A stretch of DNA of 64,000 nucleotides from a virus. How positions within the stretch are numbered: the first letter of the stretch is position 1; each line of letters starts with the position of its first letter. Both the position numbers and the translations under genes were made by a program. Under the pieces are notes generated by a model. The model saw nothing but the letters and a program-made list of their open reading frames with translations. It did not search any database and was not told the origin of the DNA. Where the stretch lies: the IMG/VR virus record IMGVR_UViG_3300005337_000002. One strand, given 5' to 3'. This document shows positions 18,358 through 27,356 of the stretch, one piece after another.

Positions 18358-20465
18358 GCGTCCTCCTTGCTCGGGGGCGCGCCTAGGGGCAGCGCGGAGA
18401 GCTGGCCCGCGGTCGTCCCGTAGCCGGTGTCGGCCAGCGCGGTCAGGCTGTGCCCAAACGGGCCCCCCGCCGTCGTACGATAATGGAGACCGCCGCGCTG
18501 GCCCGTCCCGACGATATCGGCATACGGCGGGGAACTCACCGCACAATCGAGCTGGCCTGGGGGCATCGCGGCGAGTTGGCCCGGGGACGATCCATACCCG
18601 CGCGGGTGGTTGATTTGGGAATTTTTCCCAGTGGTGCCGCCAGACCGGCGCGGGCGAGAGGTGCGCTGTCTGCGGTCGGCAATCGACGTCCTCTCGTCTT
18701 GCCCATGGAAACTCTCGGCATAGGGCGGTGAGCTGATCGTGCACGCACACCCCTGGAGGAGCGGCAACTGTTGCCAGGCGTCCTCGGGCGGCAGGGGCGC
18801 GGGCTTGCGCATGCAATAGACCGTCTCCCATGCAATCGCGAGGTCCGGACGCTTCCGTTCATGCAGGCGGCGGAAGAAGGAGATGCGCTTGGTCTGGAGT
18901 GTCTCGGTCGAGGGCGTCGGGGTATAGCGCCCGGTGGTGTGGAGCGGCGCGCAGAGACTGTCGCCCTCAGCGTCGGTCCAGTGCATATCCGCGCCGTCCT
19001 GGGAAAAGAGCGTCTCCTGCGTGCCGTACTCCTCGGTCAGCACGGCGTGGTGCTCGTGGAGGGTCTCGAACCCGACACTTTCAGCGGCGAGGCGCCAGTC
19101 GCCAGGAAAATCGACGATGGTCCCGTCACGACAATAGCCTTTGACCACCCACAGCGCGTGGCCGCCTGGCCGCACGACGGCAAAGGTTTGCCGCAGAATC
19201 TGCACCGCTGCAGACCAAAAGGTGGTCGGCGCTGCGGTGCCGAGCTGCCCCGGACTGGCCCCATATGTCTGTGCCGCTATGCCCCCGACGCCATGCGTGC
19301 CAAACGCGGCTTGCTGCGTGCGGTCGCGGCGGCCCCCGTCCACCTTCGACCAGTCAATCGCATCCCGCGTGTCATTGAGACTGGCCGCGTAGGGAGGTGA
19401 GGACACGAGGCAGTCGGCCACCGGCATGGTTCCTAACTGCCCCGGCGAGTCGGGATAGTGATAATCCCCTTTGTTGCGGTCAGCACTTTGGCCAGTGGCG
19501 CGTGTCCCAGCACCAGCGCCGAGCTTTGTTGGCTTGGTATCCGTATTAGAAAAGGGGGGAGATGAGATCAGGCAGTCGGCCACTTCGCCCGTCGCCATGT
19601 TCCCGAGTTGCGCCGGATCACTGCCGTAGTACGGGTCCACGATGCCCTTGTCGTGCATGATGCCACGGTGACTATCCTTGTCGCGCTTGGCGTGGTCGGC
19701 GTAGGTATGTTCTTTGCCAAGGCCGTGGGCATAGGGCGGACTACTCACGCAGGCCGCAACCTGCCCGGCCAGCACCTTCTCCAACTCCCGACTATCGCCT
19801 CGCAGCAGCACGGCGCCCGTGTGGCCCTGCGCCGCCCAGGTCTCCAGATTGCCCTGGTAGTGATGCGGCCCACTCGACGGAATCGTGCCGCTGTTGTGGG
19901 CATAGCTCGTCGTCGTCACGGCAAAGAGCGTCGCCACCGGGCCATGGGGCGGTGGACGCACGCCATCCTGCCGATCTGGCAACGGCAGCGGCAGAAACGG
20001 CACGGTCCGCTGCCGCACGCGCTGGCCCGGTTTGGGCCGCGTCCGAAAGGTGCGGCGCCGGGCCACGGGCAGGCCGGTGCGCTGGGACGCCTGGGTCAGA
20101 CAGCGCGGACACCAGTAGTGACCGTCTGCATAGCGCAGGCGTGTCCAGCGGCCATAGCAGCGCACCCAGTCCGCCTTGGTGATGCCGGTACAGTCACAGC
20201 CGGTGCCGAGATCATTGAAGGGTTGCTCCAACTCCACGCCGATCCAGCGACAGCCGAGGGCCATGGCATCCCAGGCGCCGAGGCCGACCCCCCCGAAGGG
20301 GTCAACAATGGTCGATCCCGGGGCAAGCCAGCCTTCGGCCGCCGCATGCGCATAGATGTGCTGAATGAGCGCCCGTGAGAATTTCGCCGGGTGCCCGAAG
20401 GCTTCTGGGACAATGTGCTGCCAACTGCTGCTGTACAACGATCGCCACACCGTTACGTCAACCAT
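18354..20465 (-). CDS. DNA methyltransferase (N4C-type SPPY) with five repeated motif-IV cassettes
   Basis: HPAKF, DPFGGVG, GVELE; SSPP[YF]...Y[GP]xxx[GA]QL repeated five times. Confidence 0.85.
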   Translation of the reverse strand: MVDVTVWRSLYSSSWQHIVPEAFGHPAKFSRALIQHIYAHAAAEGWLAPGSTIVDPFGGVGLGAWDAMALGCRWIGVELEQPFNDLGTGCDCTGITKADWVRCYGRWTRLRYADGHYWCPRCLTQASQRTGLPVARRRTFRTRPKPGQRVRQRTVPFLPLPLPDRQDGVRPPPHGPVATLFAVTTTSYAHNSGTIPSSGPHHYQGNLETWAAQGHTGAVLLRGDSRELEKVLAGQVAACVSSPPYAHGLGKEHTYADHAKRDKDSHRGIMHDKGIVDPYYGSDPAQLGNMATGEVADCLISSPPFSNTDTKPTKLGAGAGTRATGQSADRNKGDYHYPDSPGQLGTMPVADCLVSSPPYAASLNDTRDAIDWSKVDGGRRDRTQQAAFGTHGVGGIAAQTYGASPGQLGTAAPTTFWSAAVQILRQTFAVVRPGGHALWVVKGYCRDGTIVDFPGDWRLAAESVGFETLHEHHAVLTEEYGTQETLFSQDGADMHWTDAEGDSLCAPLHTTGRYTPTPSTETLQTKRISFFRRLHERKRPDLAIAWETVYCMRKPAPLPPEDAWQQLPLLQGCACTISSPPYAESFHGQDERTSIADRRQRTSRPRRSGGTTGKNSQINHPRGYGSSPGQLAAMPPGQLDCAVSSPPYADIVGTGQRGGLHYRTTAGGPFGHSLTALADTGYGTTAGQLSALPLGAPPSKEDA

Positions 20466-21103
20466 GAGGACGCCTCCATGCGTGGCAGACGACGTGCACC
20501 ACGAGGAGCCGGACGTTTGCCGCGACAGTTATGTCCGACCAGAAAGCGGCGCGGGCGCCCTTTTTTATCGTACTGTGCCAAAGGAGTCGCGCAACCACAT
20601 GCACACAGGATGAGAGGATTCTCTGCTCCCACGCGACGCGTGTTGGGATTGTTGCCATGCTGTTGTGCATGGAGGGCTCTATCGACCACTTCTAAATTGT
20701 CAGGGCTATTATTCTGTTTGTTCTGATCTTTATGATGCACACATTCATTGCGACGCAGCGGCCGTCCGAGCATCGCTGTAACGACAACAATATGTTCCAA
20801 GACCCAGCCATTCGATGTGGCATGAGGATGTGATGGGCATTTAATCCGTACATAGCCATATGCGGTGATATGGCGCGTGCTGCTTTGCGCTCGTTGACAT
20901 GTTTTTGAGCAGAAAAAGCGGCGGGATGCCCGTCGTCGCACGCGTGTACCGCACGTGCGACAGGGAAATTCTTCCACATACGATTCTTGAACAAAACGCC
21001 CCGTCGCATCTCTTGTACGCCCTGTCCATACATCGACCGCAGGTCCTCTGCCCACCCCATGATTTTCCTTCTTGGGTTCTTGCATATGAGCGAAATTCTC
21101 CAT
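20453..21103 (-). CDS. HNH endonuclease
   Basis: GYV..HP....GWVLEH...LGR.L...E.VHHKD.NK.NN.PDNL; CACGC..GHN tail. Confidence 0.85.
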   Translation of the reverse strand: MENFAHMQEPKKENHGVGRGPAVDVWTGRTRDATGRFVQESYVEEFPCRTCGTRVRRRASRRFFCSKTCQRAQSSTRHITAYGYVRIKCPSHPHATSNGWVLEHIVVVTAMLGRPLRRNECVHHKDQNKQNNSPDNLEVVDRALHAQQHGNNPNTRRVGAENPLILCACGCATPLAQYDKKGRPRRFLVGHNCRGKRPAPRGARRLPRMEASSWLT

Positions 21104-21138
21104 CAGTCACATTGTTTCTTCTCCAGCGATCCCCCCCA

Positions 21139-21987
21139 TCACCGCCTCTCCTGTCCTCCTGAGCCAGTACTCGTCCCCGTTCCCGGCACAAATGCCCCCA
21201 CCCCGACCTGCACCCGTGCCACCTGTCCGCGCTCCGTCGTGGCATCGAGCAGCGTCCCCACGACATAGCCGGTGCGCGGCGGGGTCGCTTGCGCATGACA
21301 GCGGCCGACCAGGTCCTGGGGCGCGGGCACGATATACCACCCGTGTGCCTGGGTGAGGGCGCTATCCATCTCGCACAGCGCCTCGCCCTCCGCCGCGACG
21401 AGGGCATGGCCGACCGTCCCGGCCCCCGCGAGGACAACGAAGAGCGGGACCGTGGGATCGCGCGAGACGCGCACGCCCGTGCCTGTGTGCTGGGCGAGCC
21501 GGTACTTGACGGTCCCCGTCGCCGCCTCATTGGGCACCGCCATCACGCGTGTCGACGGGCGTATCAGTGAGGACGAGTCTCCTTGTGGCAGGAGACTCGC
21601 CGCCTGGAGGATGGGCTGTGGCATGCTCGTCACGGTCCCCGTGCCTGCTCCTGTGTCTGCCGCGGTGGCGACATCCCGGGGCGTCCTGGCGGGTGCCTCC
21701 GCGCTCCACGTCGTGGGGAGCGGCGGGGACAGCGCCACGGGCACGGGCCGCACCGTGTACGGCCACCAGCGGTGCATCGGCGCCACTAGCAGGAGATACA
21801 CCCCCACACAGGGCGCGAGCACCGCCAGCACCGTCCAGCCCCACACCACGAGTGCGTCAGTATCCCGCGGGCGGGGAGGACGCCCCGTCCGCCGCCAGGT
21901 CCGCCCTGAGGCCGAGCCATACGCGGACGTCCGCCACCGGGCAATCTCCTCAGGCGTATAGTCCCACAGGGCTTTGTCAGGCGGCAT
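21139..21987 (-). CDS. membrane-anchored protein carrying a domain shared with the 57724-59148 virion-like protein
   Basis: One TM; C-terminal domain alignable by eye with the N-terminal domain of 57724-59148. Confidence 0.6.
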   Translation of the reverse strand: MPPDKALWDYTPEEIARWRTSAYGSASGRTWRRTGRPPRPRDTDALVVWGWTVLAVLAPCVGVYLLLVAPMHRWWPYTVRPVPVALSPPLPTTWSAEAPARTPRDVATAADTGAGTGTVTSMPQPILQAASLLPQGDSSSLIRPSTRVMAVPNEAATGTVKYRLAQHTGTGVRVSRDPTVPLFVVLAGAGTVGHALVAAEGEALCEMDSALTQAHGWYIVPAPQDLVGRCHAQATPPRTGYVVGTLLDATTERGQVARVQVGVGAFVPGTGTSTGSGGQERR

Positions 21988-22005
21988 GCCGGTCCCTCTC
22001 CCGCA

Positions 22006-22305
22006 TCAGTCCCTCGCTTGCTCATCCGCAAGGAAATCAGGCACCACATAGCGCCCCACAAAATACGTCAGGGTGCCAAGGTGCAGGCTCACGCCGAGCA
22101 CAAACCACGGCAGCGGCGGATGGAGGACGCTTAGCACGAGATCGACCATCGTCGCGCTCAGCATCGCCACGCAGGCCACGGGCGCGGCCCAGGACGCGGG
22201 GGCGGGGCGCACCCAGAGCCGTCCCTGCTGGGTATGGCGGTACGTGCGCAGGATGCGGGTCCGTTGCGCCGCATGACGACTGACGCGCATGGGATTAGGG
22301 CGCAT
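22006..22305 (-). CDS. small membrane protein
   Basis: Two hydrophobic segments; GGAGG RBS. Confidence 0.45.
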   Translation of the reverse strand: MRPNPMRVSRHAAQRTRILRTYRHTQQGRLWVRPAPASWAAPVACVAMLSATMVDLVLSVLHPPLPWFVLGVSLHLGTLTYFVGRYVVPDFLADEQARD

Positions 22306-22786
22306 GACGGTCCTCCTGTGCGGCGTCAGACGGTATCAGTGTGAGATGCACATAGCGCGCGACACCATACCCGTGAATCTGCACCGTCAGGCCCGTGCCT
22401 GGCGCCACGACCAGGGGTGACGTGAGAGGCTGCACCCGCAACAGTTGGTCCCCGCAGGGATAGCCACTGCGCCACGTGTCGTCGACTTTGATATCGACCG
22501 ACGCGTTCGCCGTGTCCGCAACGCAGCGCAGGCGTGTATAGGTTTTGGCCGCAGGGCTCAGGTTGGTGCAGATCCACTCGTCGGTTTCGGTGGTGAGCGC
22601 CTCGGCCTCTGCGGAGAGGCTCCCGAAGATAATCGTACAGGGAAATGCCTGTGATGACCGGTGCGCCGGGAACCAGAAGACTGACCGGTCCGGCTCTTCG
22701 ACCAGCGGGCATGCCCACCAGAGGCCTACGAGGAGCCCCGCGCTCAAAAGAGTCCCGCCGATGAGCAGTACCTTTAGCATGTCCAT
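22295..22786 (-). CDS. membrane-anchored protein resembling the C-terminal domain of 57724-59148
   Basis: TM then PCTIIFGSLS..A..L....C.N......LRCVAD. Confidence 0.55.
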   Translation of the reverse strand: MDMLKVLLIGGTLLSAGLLVGLWWACPLVEEPDRSVFWFPAHRSSQAFPCTIIFGSLSAEAEALTTETDEWICTNLSPAAKTYTRLRCVADTANASVDIKVDDTWRSGYPCGDQLLRVQPLTSPLVVAPGTGLTVQIHGYGVARYVHLTLIPSDAAQEDRHAP

Positions 22787-23100
22787 TCTCCATGCTCCTC
22801 CGGCCAGGGAGAGCCACAACAGGGGCGATAGCCCTGCGGCCAGCGATCCTGCCGGCGCGTATACCAGGGCCACCAGCGTCCTGCATCCGTCAGCACGTCG
22901 GCATACCAGGCCCGCACGGTCGCAGCTTCCTGGGCCGAGTACGTGCCATCCTCCAGCAGCGGTACGAGGGCGCTATACGACGTCCGAAGCATACGTCGAA
23001 CATGGGCTTGCAAGCGCAGCCAGTGCAGATAGGCGATGCTCCAGCCCAGAATGAGCAGCGCACCGAAGACCCCGCAACTCACGAGCAGTATATGTCCCAT
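22774..23100 (-). CDS. membrane protein
   Basis: N-terminal TM; GAGG RBS. Confidence 0.45.
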   Translation of the reverse strand: MGHILLVSCGVFGALLILGWSIAYLHWLRLQAHVRRMLRTSYSALVPLLEDGTYSAQEAATVRAWYADVLTDAGRWWPWYTRRQDRWPQGYRPCCGSPWPEEHGEWTC

Positions 23101-23185
23101 GCGTCCTCTATCCTTTCTGTAGAGATCCGGTTACAATTTCACCCCAGCAGGCCCCATGAGACTCTCTCACGCAAAGGATGTGTCT

Positions 23186-23545
23186 ATGTGTCCGCCCGCC
23201 TGTTGGATCGTCTCGTTCAGTTTCGGCGTCCTCCTCGGCGTCGGCCTGGCCCATCTGGCCCTGTGGATGGTCGCCCCACCCCAGCGCGTGTTCTTGCGCG
23301 ACGTCCCCGCCCCGCAGTGCCATGTCACCGCCTATGCGGCCAATGGCGCCGTGCTGGGCACACTCCTGGTCGCGCCCTCGCCGTATCACACGAATGCGGT
23401 CCACCTGCGCTGGGTACCCGAGGCCCCGCTGGCAGGCTACGTGCGCGTGACCGACCTCACCGCCGCGCTGGAGATCGCCTGGCCGCTGGGGGCTCACAGC
23501 CGGGTACCAGGACTGATGCCACAGGCGAGCGACAGCCGCACTTGA
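23186..23545 (+). CDS. membrane-anchored hypothetical protein (lone + gene)
   Basis: AAGGA RBS; N-terminal TM. Confidence 0.45.
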   Translation: MCPPACWIVSFSFGVLLGVGLAHLALWMVAPPQRVFLRDVPAPQCHVTAYAANGAVLGTLLVAPSPYHTNAVHLRWVPEAPLAGYVRVTDLTAALEIAWPLGAHSRVPGLMPQASDSRT

Positions 23546-23943
23546 CGCACCCCTGCGGACTGCGCAATGCCCAGTATTAACCGCGTGTCCCGTGGGAGCG
23601 CGAGCAGCGGCACCACCTGCCAGGCGTGTCCTGGGAGCAGCGGGAGCACCTGTGGCGGCTGCAGGCCAATCCGTACCGCACTCGGGCCAATCGTGCCATC
23701 CGTCGAGAGCCGCACCGCGGTCAGGTGACAGGGACGGGCGAGCGCCATCGCGACGTGCGCGAGGTCCTCGGACGTCAAGGGATCGGGCGCCGTCGTATCC
23801 CCAAACACGAAGGTCATCATCTCGGGCTCCTCGGGCTCAGCGGCTGGAAACAGGCGCGGCCACAGGAGCATCACCTGCATGCCCAGACTCACGAGGAGCA
23901 ACCCGCACGTCAGCATCGTGAGCCAGGGGAGCCGATGGATCAT
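23494..23943 (-). CDS. membrane-anchored hypothetical protein
   Basis: GGAGG RBS; TM then beta-rich domain. Confidence 0.5.
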   Translation of the reverse strand: MIHRLPWLTMLTCGLLLVSLGMQVMLLWPRLFPAAEPEEPEMMTFVFGDTTAPDPLTSEDLAHVAMALARPCHLTAVRLSTDGTIGPSAVRIGLQPPQVLPLLPGHAWQVVPLLALPRDTRLILGIAQSAGVRQVRLSLACGISPGTRL

Positions 23944-23956
23944 GCGCGTCTCCTCC

Positions 23957-24430
23957 CTAGCCATGTCTCGCCATCTGGTGGCGCTGCCATTCTCTGAGCA
24001 ACTCTGCCCCATAACGACTGTCGATGACAAACGCGTAGAACGCCTGCAACTCAGCGAGGTCCTCGTTATTCACGAGCGCGGCCTTGCGTTTGACGACCCG
24101 CCCCTCCTCGACGGTGAGAGTACCAGTATCACCGATCGATTCGCCTTGATACTGCACACAGCCTGTGAGTGAGACGTCGACAGGGGCCAAGACATGATCG
24201 AGCAGATATTGGAGCCACTCGACATAGTGATAAAACTTCTCGCCGCCGTCCCATTCGAGGCCCCGCCGCCCCTGTGTGAGTTGCCACTGGTTGTACCCGG
24301 CGGGTACCGGCATGGGCAGGCCAGGCGGCATCACCTGCGCATCATAGAGATCTATGAGCAACAGCAATGTTTCCGCAGGAGGCGGCGTGGTAAATGTAAA
24401 ACTGCCCTCAAAGTCGGTTGTATAGCCCAT
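23957..24430 (-). CDS. conserved phage hypothetical protein
   Basis: MGYTTDFEG...WDGGEKFYHYVEWLQYL..GE..D.G family motif. Confidence 0.7.
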   Translation of the reverse strand: MGYTTDFEGSFTFTTPPPAETLLLLIDLYDAQVMPPGLPMPVPAGYNQWQLTQGRRGLEWDGGEKFYHYVEWLQYLLDHVLAPVDVSLTGCVQYQGESIGDTGTLTVEEGRVVKRKAALVNNEDLAELQAFYAFVIDSRYGAELLREWQRHQMARHG

Positions 24431-24432
24431 CG

Positions 24433-24840
24433 TTATCCCTCCTCCTCCTGCCCCTGCTGCAGCCGCTGCCAGATATCGTCATCATGCCAGAGCCAGTAGC
24501 GGTCCTTCCATTCGCGCAGGAGCGCGCCGACGATATACCACTGCGGATCCTCCGCGCGGCGACAGATAGCACAAATGTCCTCCGCGGTTTGGGTCCAGTC
24601 AAAGGCAAGCGCCAGCAACCGCTGCTGCAGCCGCTGGGCATCCGCGTAGCGATACCCCGCCCCGGAGACGGCCCACCCCGAGTGATGCGTCACCCCATAG
24701 GTCAGCCCCATCCAGCCTGGATGTTTTTGGACACACAACCCCCGGTCCATATTCGCCACCCAACAGATCCCCGCCGCCAGCGTCTCGACCGTGTCGGTTT
24801 CTACATCATACGTGCCGCGGGCCATCGTCATGCGAATCAT
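24433..24840 (-). CDS. hypothetical protein
   Basis: GGAGG RBS; coupled. Confidence 0.5.
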   Translation of the reverse strand: MIRMTMARGTYDVETDTVETLAAGICWVANMDRGLCVQKHPGWMGLTYGVTHHSGWAVSGAGYRYADAQRLQQRLLALAFDWTQTAEDICAICRRAEDPQWYIVGALLREWKDRYWLWHDDDIWQRLQQGQEEEG

Positions 24841-25022
24841 CCGCACCTCCCGTGCTGCCCTGCTCGCTTCGCCAACTCCATCTGAATCAACCCCGCTTCC
24901 TCGTCCAGCACCGCCTGTCGATATGCCAGGCCCGTGAGCGCCTGGTCGATACGGCGCAGGCGCTCCGCTAAGTCGGCGTCCGTGCTCTCGCGCATCTGCC
25001 GCAGCCATGCGTAGGCCGTCAT
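24837..25022 (-). CDS. small coiled-coil protein
   Basis: Coupled ORF. Confidence 0.45.
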   Translation of the reverse strand: MTAYAWLRQMRESTDADLAERLRRIDQALTGLAYRQAVLDEEAGLIQMELAKRAGQHGRCG

Positions 25023-25195
25023 CCCGCCCCCCTTCTCTCGTTATTCCCCATGCACAATCGCATCAAGTTTGGCAGAGAGTTGATCGACCACGCTCTCTTC
25101 GTTGCCCGCAGAGAATTGGGTCAGAAACTCTGCCAGGTCAACCGTTTCTGCCTCATCCAACTCGATCCGTACCCCGCCTTCCCAGCCTGCCACGA

Positions 25196-25390
25196 TCATG
25201 CCTTGCCCTCCTTGTGTGCCTGCAACGCCGCACGCACCGTGTCGCACAGTACTTTTGTCGTCACGTCGGTCGTACCCGTCAGCGCCAGCCAGCGGTTCAT
25301 CTTGTGCGTCGTCCACGGTGTGTCGCTATGGAAGAGCAGGACGGCCTCGACGGCGGCGGTAACGAGATCTGTAGGGGTCTTCTGTTTCAT
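25196..25390 (-). CDS. small hypothetical protein
   Basis: Coupled ORF with RBS. Confidence 0.5.
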   Translation of the reverse strand: MKQKTPTDLVTAAVEAVLLFHSDTPWTTHKMNRWLALTGTTDVTTKVLCDTVRAALQAHKEGKA

Positions 25391-25914
25391 AGCGAGTCTT
25401 CCTCCTGCTGCTGTGCTTCTACCTGCTCGCGCGCTACCATCCTATTCCCTAGGTGCCACCAGGAACAAAATCGACAGTGATAGGCTTGTAGCGCTGTCCC
25501 ATCCCAGGCATCCGGGGCACGTAGGATCGCCACACGAGCCGTGAGGGCGGCATTGCGGTGCTTGTAGCGCACCTTGCCATGACAGACGTTGGCGATGTTA
25601 CGCTGGCGTCCTGCGGCATAGAGCGACGGCAACTCCTTGCTGAGTCGTGCCCGCTCCCTGGGGGTCGCCAGCTGGCGCACCAGAAAGAAAAAGACGCCGC
25701 CGGGCGTCCGACGCCGGGCCCCACTCGCGATGCGCATGCCGCCGTTCTGTTCGATCCGCAACGTCTCTTGCAAGATCGTCCAGCACCGCTGATGACCCAA
25801 CGCACGCCAGACGTCCGTCAGGGCCGCCTGATTGGACTCCTGTAAGATCCTGGCGAGGATCGGCACGCTGAGGTGGGGGAGAGAGGACGGCTCTTGCACA
25901 ACGGGTAACATCAC
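25387..25914 (-). CDS. PHAX RNA-binding-domain-like protein fused to a phage Zn motif
   Basis: LQE...LG......ETL.IE.NGG...SG.RRRTPGGVFFFL; C-terminal AYHCRFC..WHL. Confidence 0.75.
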   Translation of the reverse strand: MMLPVVQEPSSLPHLSVPILARILQESNQAALTDVWRALGHQRCWTILQETLRIEQNGGMRIASGARRRTPGGVFFFLVRQLATPRERARLSKELPSLYAAGRQRNIANVCHGKVRYKHRNAALTARVAILRAPDAWDGTALQAYHCRFCSWWHLGNRMVAREQVEAQQQEEDSL

Positions 25915-26123
25915 ACCTCCTCATCATCTTCGGGCACTTCCAGATAGCCCACACAGCCCTCGCGGGCATGGGGATGCGCGAGCAGCGGCGTATGCTGGGC
26001 CGTCGCACAGCAACACCGGAGCGCACGGAGCGTCCGCTGCAGCTCTGCGGTAAACGTCTCCAGGCGGACCCACCCGTGGGTCGTCAGCGCTTGACAGAGG
26101 GGACACAGGGGATGCGTGGTCAT
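25911..26123 (-). CDS. small Cys-rich protein
   Basis: CPLC; coupled. Confidence 0.4.
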   Translation of the reverse strand: MTTHPLCPLCQALTTHGWVRLETFTAELQRTLRALRCCCATAQHTPLLAHPHAREGCVGYLEVPEDDEEV

Positions 26124-26383
26124 GCGCGCTCCTTGTCGGCAGGACGGGGGTGTGTCGCCAGGCCATCCTGCCAGAGCCCCCCCAGCGCGTCCCACAGCGC
26201 CAGGAGGCGTGCACCGTCCGCGTGGACGAGGCGCAGCTGACAGGTGATGCACCGCAGCGTCCAGTGCTCGCGGGCGCCGCCGACCCGGGGAATGGCCTCT
26301 GCCGTGCGCTCAATGCTGCGCGTCTGGCACAGCGGGCAGTGGAGCTCACGCATGTACTCACTGACGCGAGGGGCATACATCAT
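26120..26383 (-). CDS. zinc-ribbon protein
   Basis: CPLC...CITC; coupled. Confidence 0.5.
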   Translation of the reverse strand: MMYAPRVSEYMRELHCPLCQTRSIERTAEAIPRVGGAREHWTLRCITCQLRLVHADGARLLALWDALGGLWQDGLATHPRPADKERA

Positions 26384-26853
26384 GACTGGTCCTCCCGCTC
26401 ATGACTCGCGAGATGATCCTGGATCGCGTGGACCTCTGCAGCATTCTGCATCACGCGTTGGAGCACTTCGTCGGGCGTCTGGGCGTCCCGTATGCCCGCG
26501 AGGAGGGTCGGGAACAGCGCCACGTCCTCGGGATCATCGAGGCGGATGGTCGCTAACGGCTGCGGGCCCTGCGGAAACTGACGGTCGTATTCGCGCTGCG
26601 CCAGTGTGTCACAATTCAGGCACCCACGGCCCTTACAGAAGCGACAGGACGCCCGAATCGTTGCGCCCGTCACTGGCGGGGGCGGGGGTAACGGGCCATG
26701 CGTCTTTTCAATCGCGGCAATCATGCGTTCCGCGAATGTCGGCGGAATCACATCAGGGACGGCCGCAGCCTGCTGGGCTTTGACGTCGGCTTGGATAGAG
26801 GCAAAGGGATCGTCGTTCGGCTGCAGGGACGCGTCACGCTTGGGGGTCGTCAT
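26380..26853 (-). CDS. hypothetical protein with CxxC-GxG-CxxC
   Basis: CRFCKGRGCLNC; GAAAGGA RBS. Confidence 0.55.
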   Translation of the reverse strand: MTTPKRDASLQPNDDPFASIQADVKAQQAAAVPDVIPPTFAERMIAAIEKTHGPLPPPPPVTGATIRASCRFCKGRGCLNCDTLAQREYDRQFPQGPQPLATIRLDDPEDVALFPTLLAGIRDAQTPDEVLQRVMQNAAEVHAIQDHLASHEREDQS

Positions 26854-26855
26854 GG

Positions 26856-27356
26856 TTATCCTTTCTCTGGAAGGGGTGTCCGTTGATTCCACGCCGCAAT
26901 CGCCTCATCCCACGTGAGGCCGTTCCAGGTTTGCACGCGGCAGCCATAGCAGGTCACGCGCCAGCCGCCGCCACTATCCAATGCGATGGCCTCTAACACC
27001 GGGGTGGCGATCACTACCGGTCCCCAGGGGCGTGGGCGCGGGGCACCTTGGCAGAAGGGGCAGGGGAGGAGCGCCTCGCGCGGCGGCGCCTGATCGCTAT
27101 GCAACGGTTCCAGGCGAGCGCTGAACTGGGCCAGATCCGGGCGGTCCTGCCACGCGGCAATCGCCTCCTCCCGCGTGAGTCCCTGCCGCGTCTGAATCCG
27201 GCAGTCCGTGCAGGTGACATGCCATCCCCCGCCGTGCTGTGACGGGCAGGGCAGGAGGACGGGCGGGCGTCCGCGCGGCGGCGGCGCCCCCTGGCAGAAG
27301 GGGCAGGGGAGCAGGGCGGGCTCCGCTAGTTGTTGAGCGCGTTCAGGGCATCCCAT
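26856..27356 (-). CDS. tandem Lar-like (restriction alleviation) domain protein
   Basis: Two copies of LLPCPFC.G...V.C..C......EAIAAW.R. Confidence 0.75.
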   Translation of the reverse strand: MGCPERAQQLAEPALLPCPFCQGAPPPRGRPPVLLPCPSQHGGGWHVTCTDCRIQTRQGLTREEAIAAWQDRPDLAQFSARLEPLHSDQAPPREALLPCPFCQGAPRPRPWGPVVIATPVLEAIALDSGGGWRVTCYGCRVQTWNGLTWDEAIAAWNQRTPLPEKG

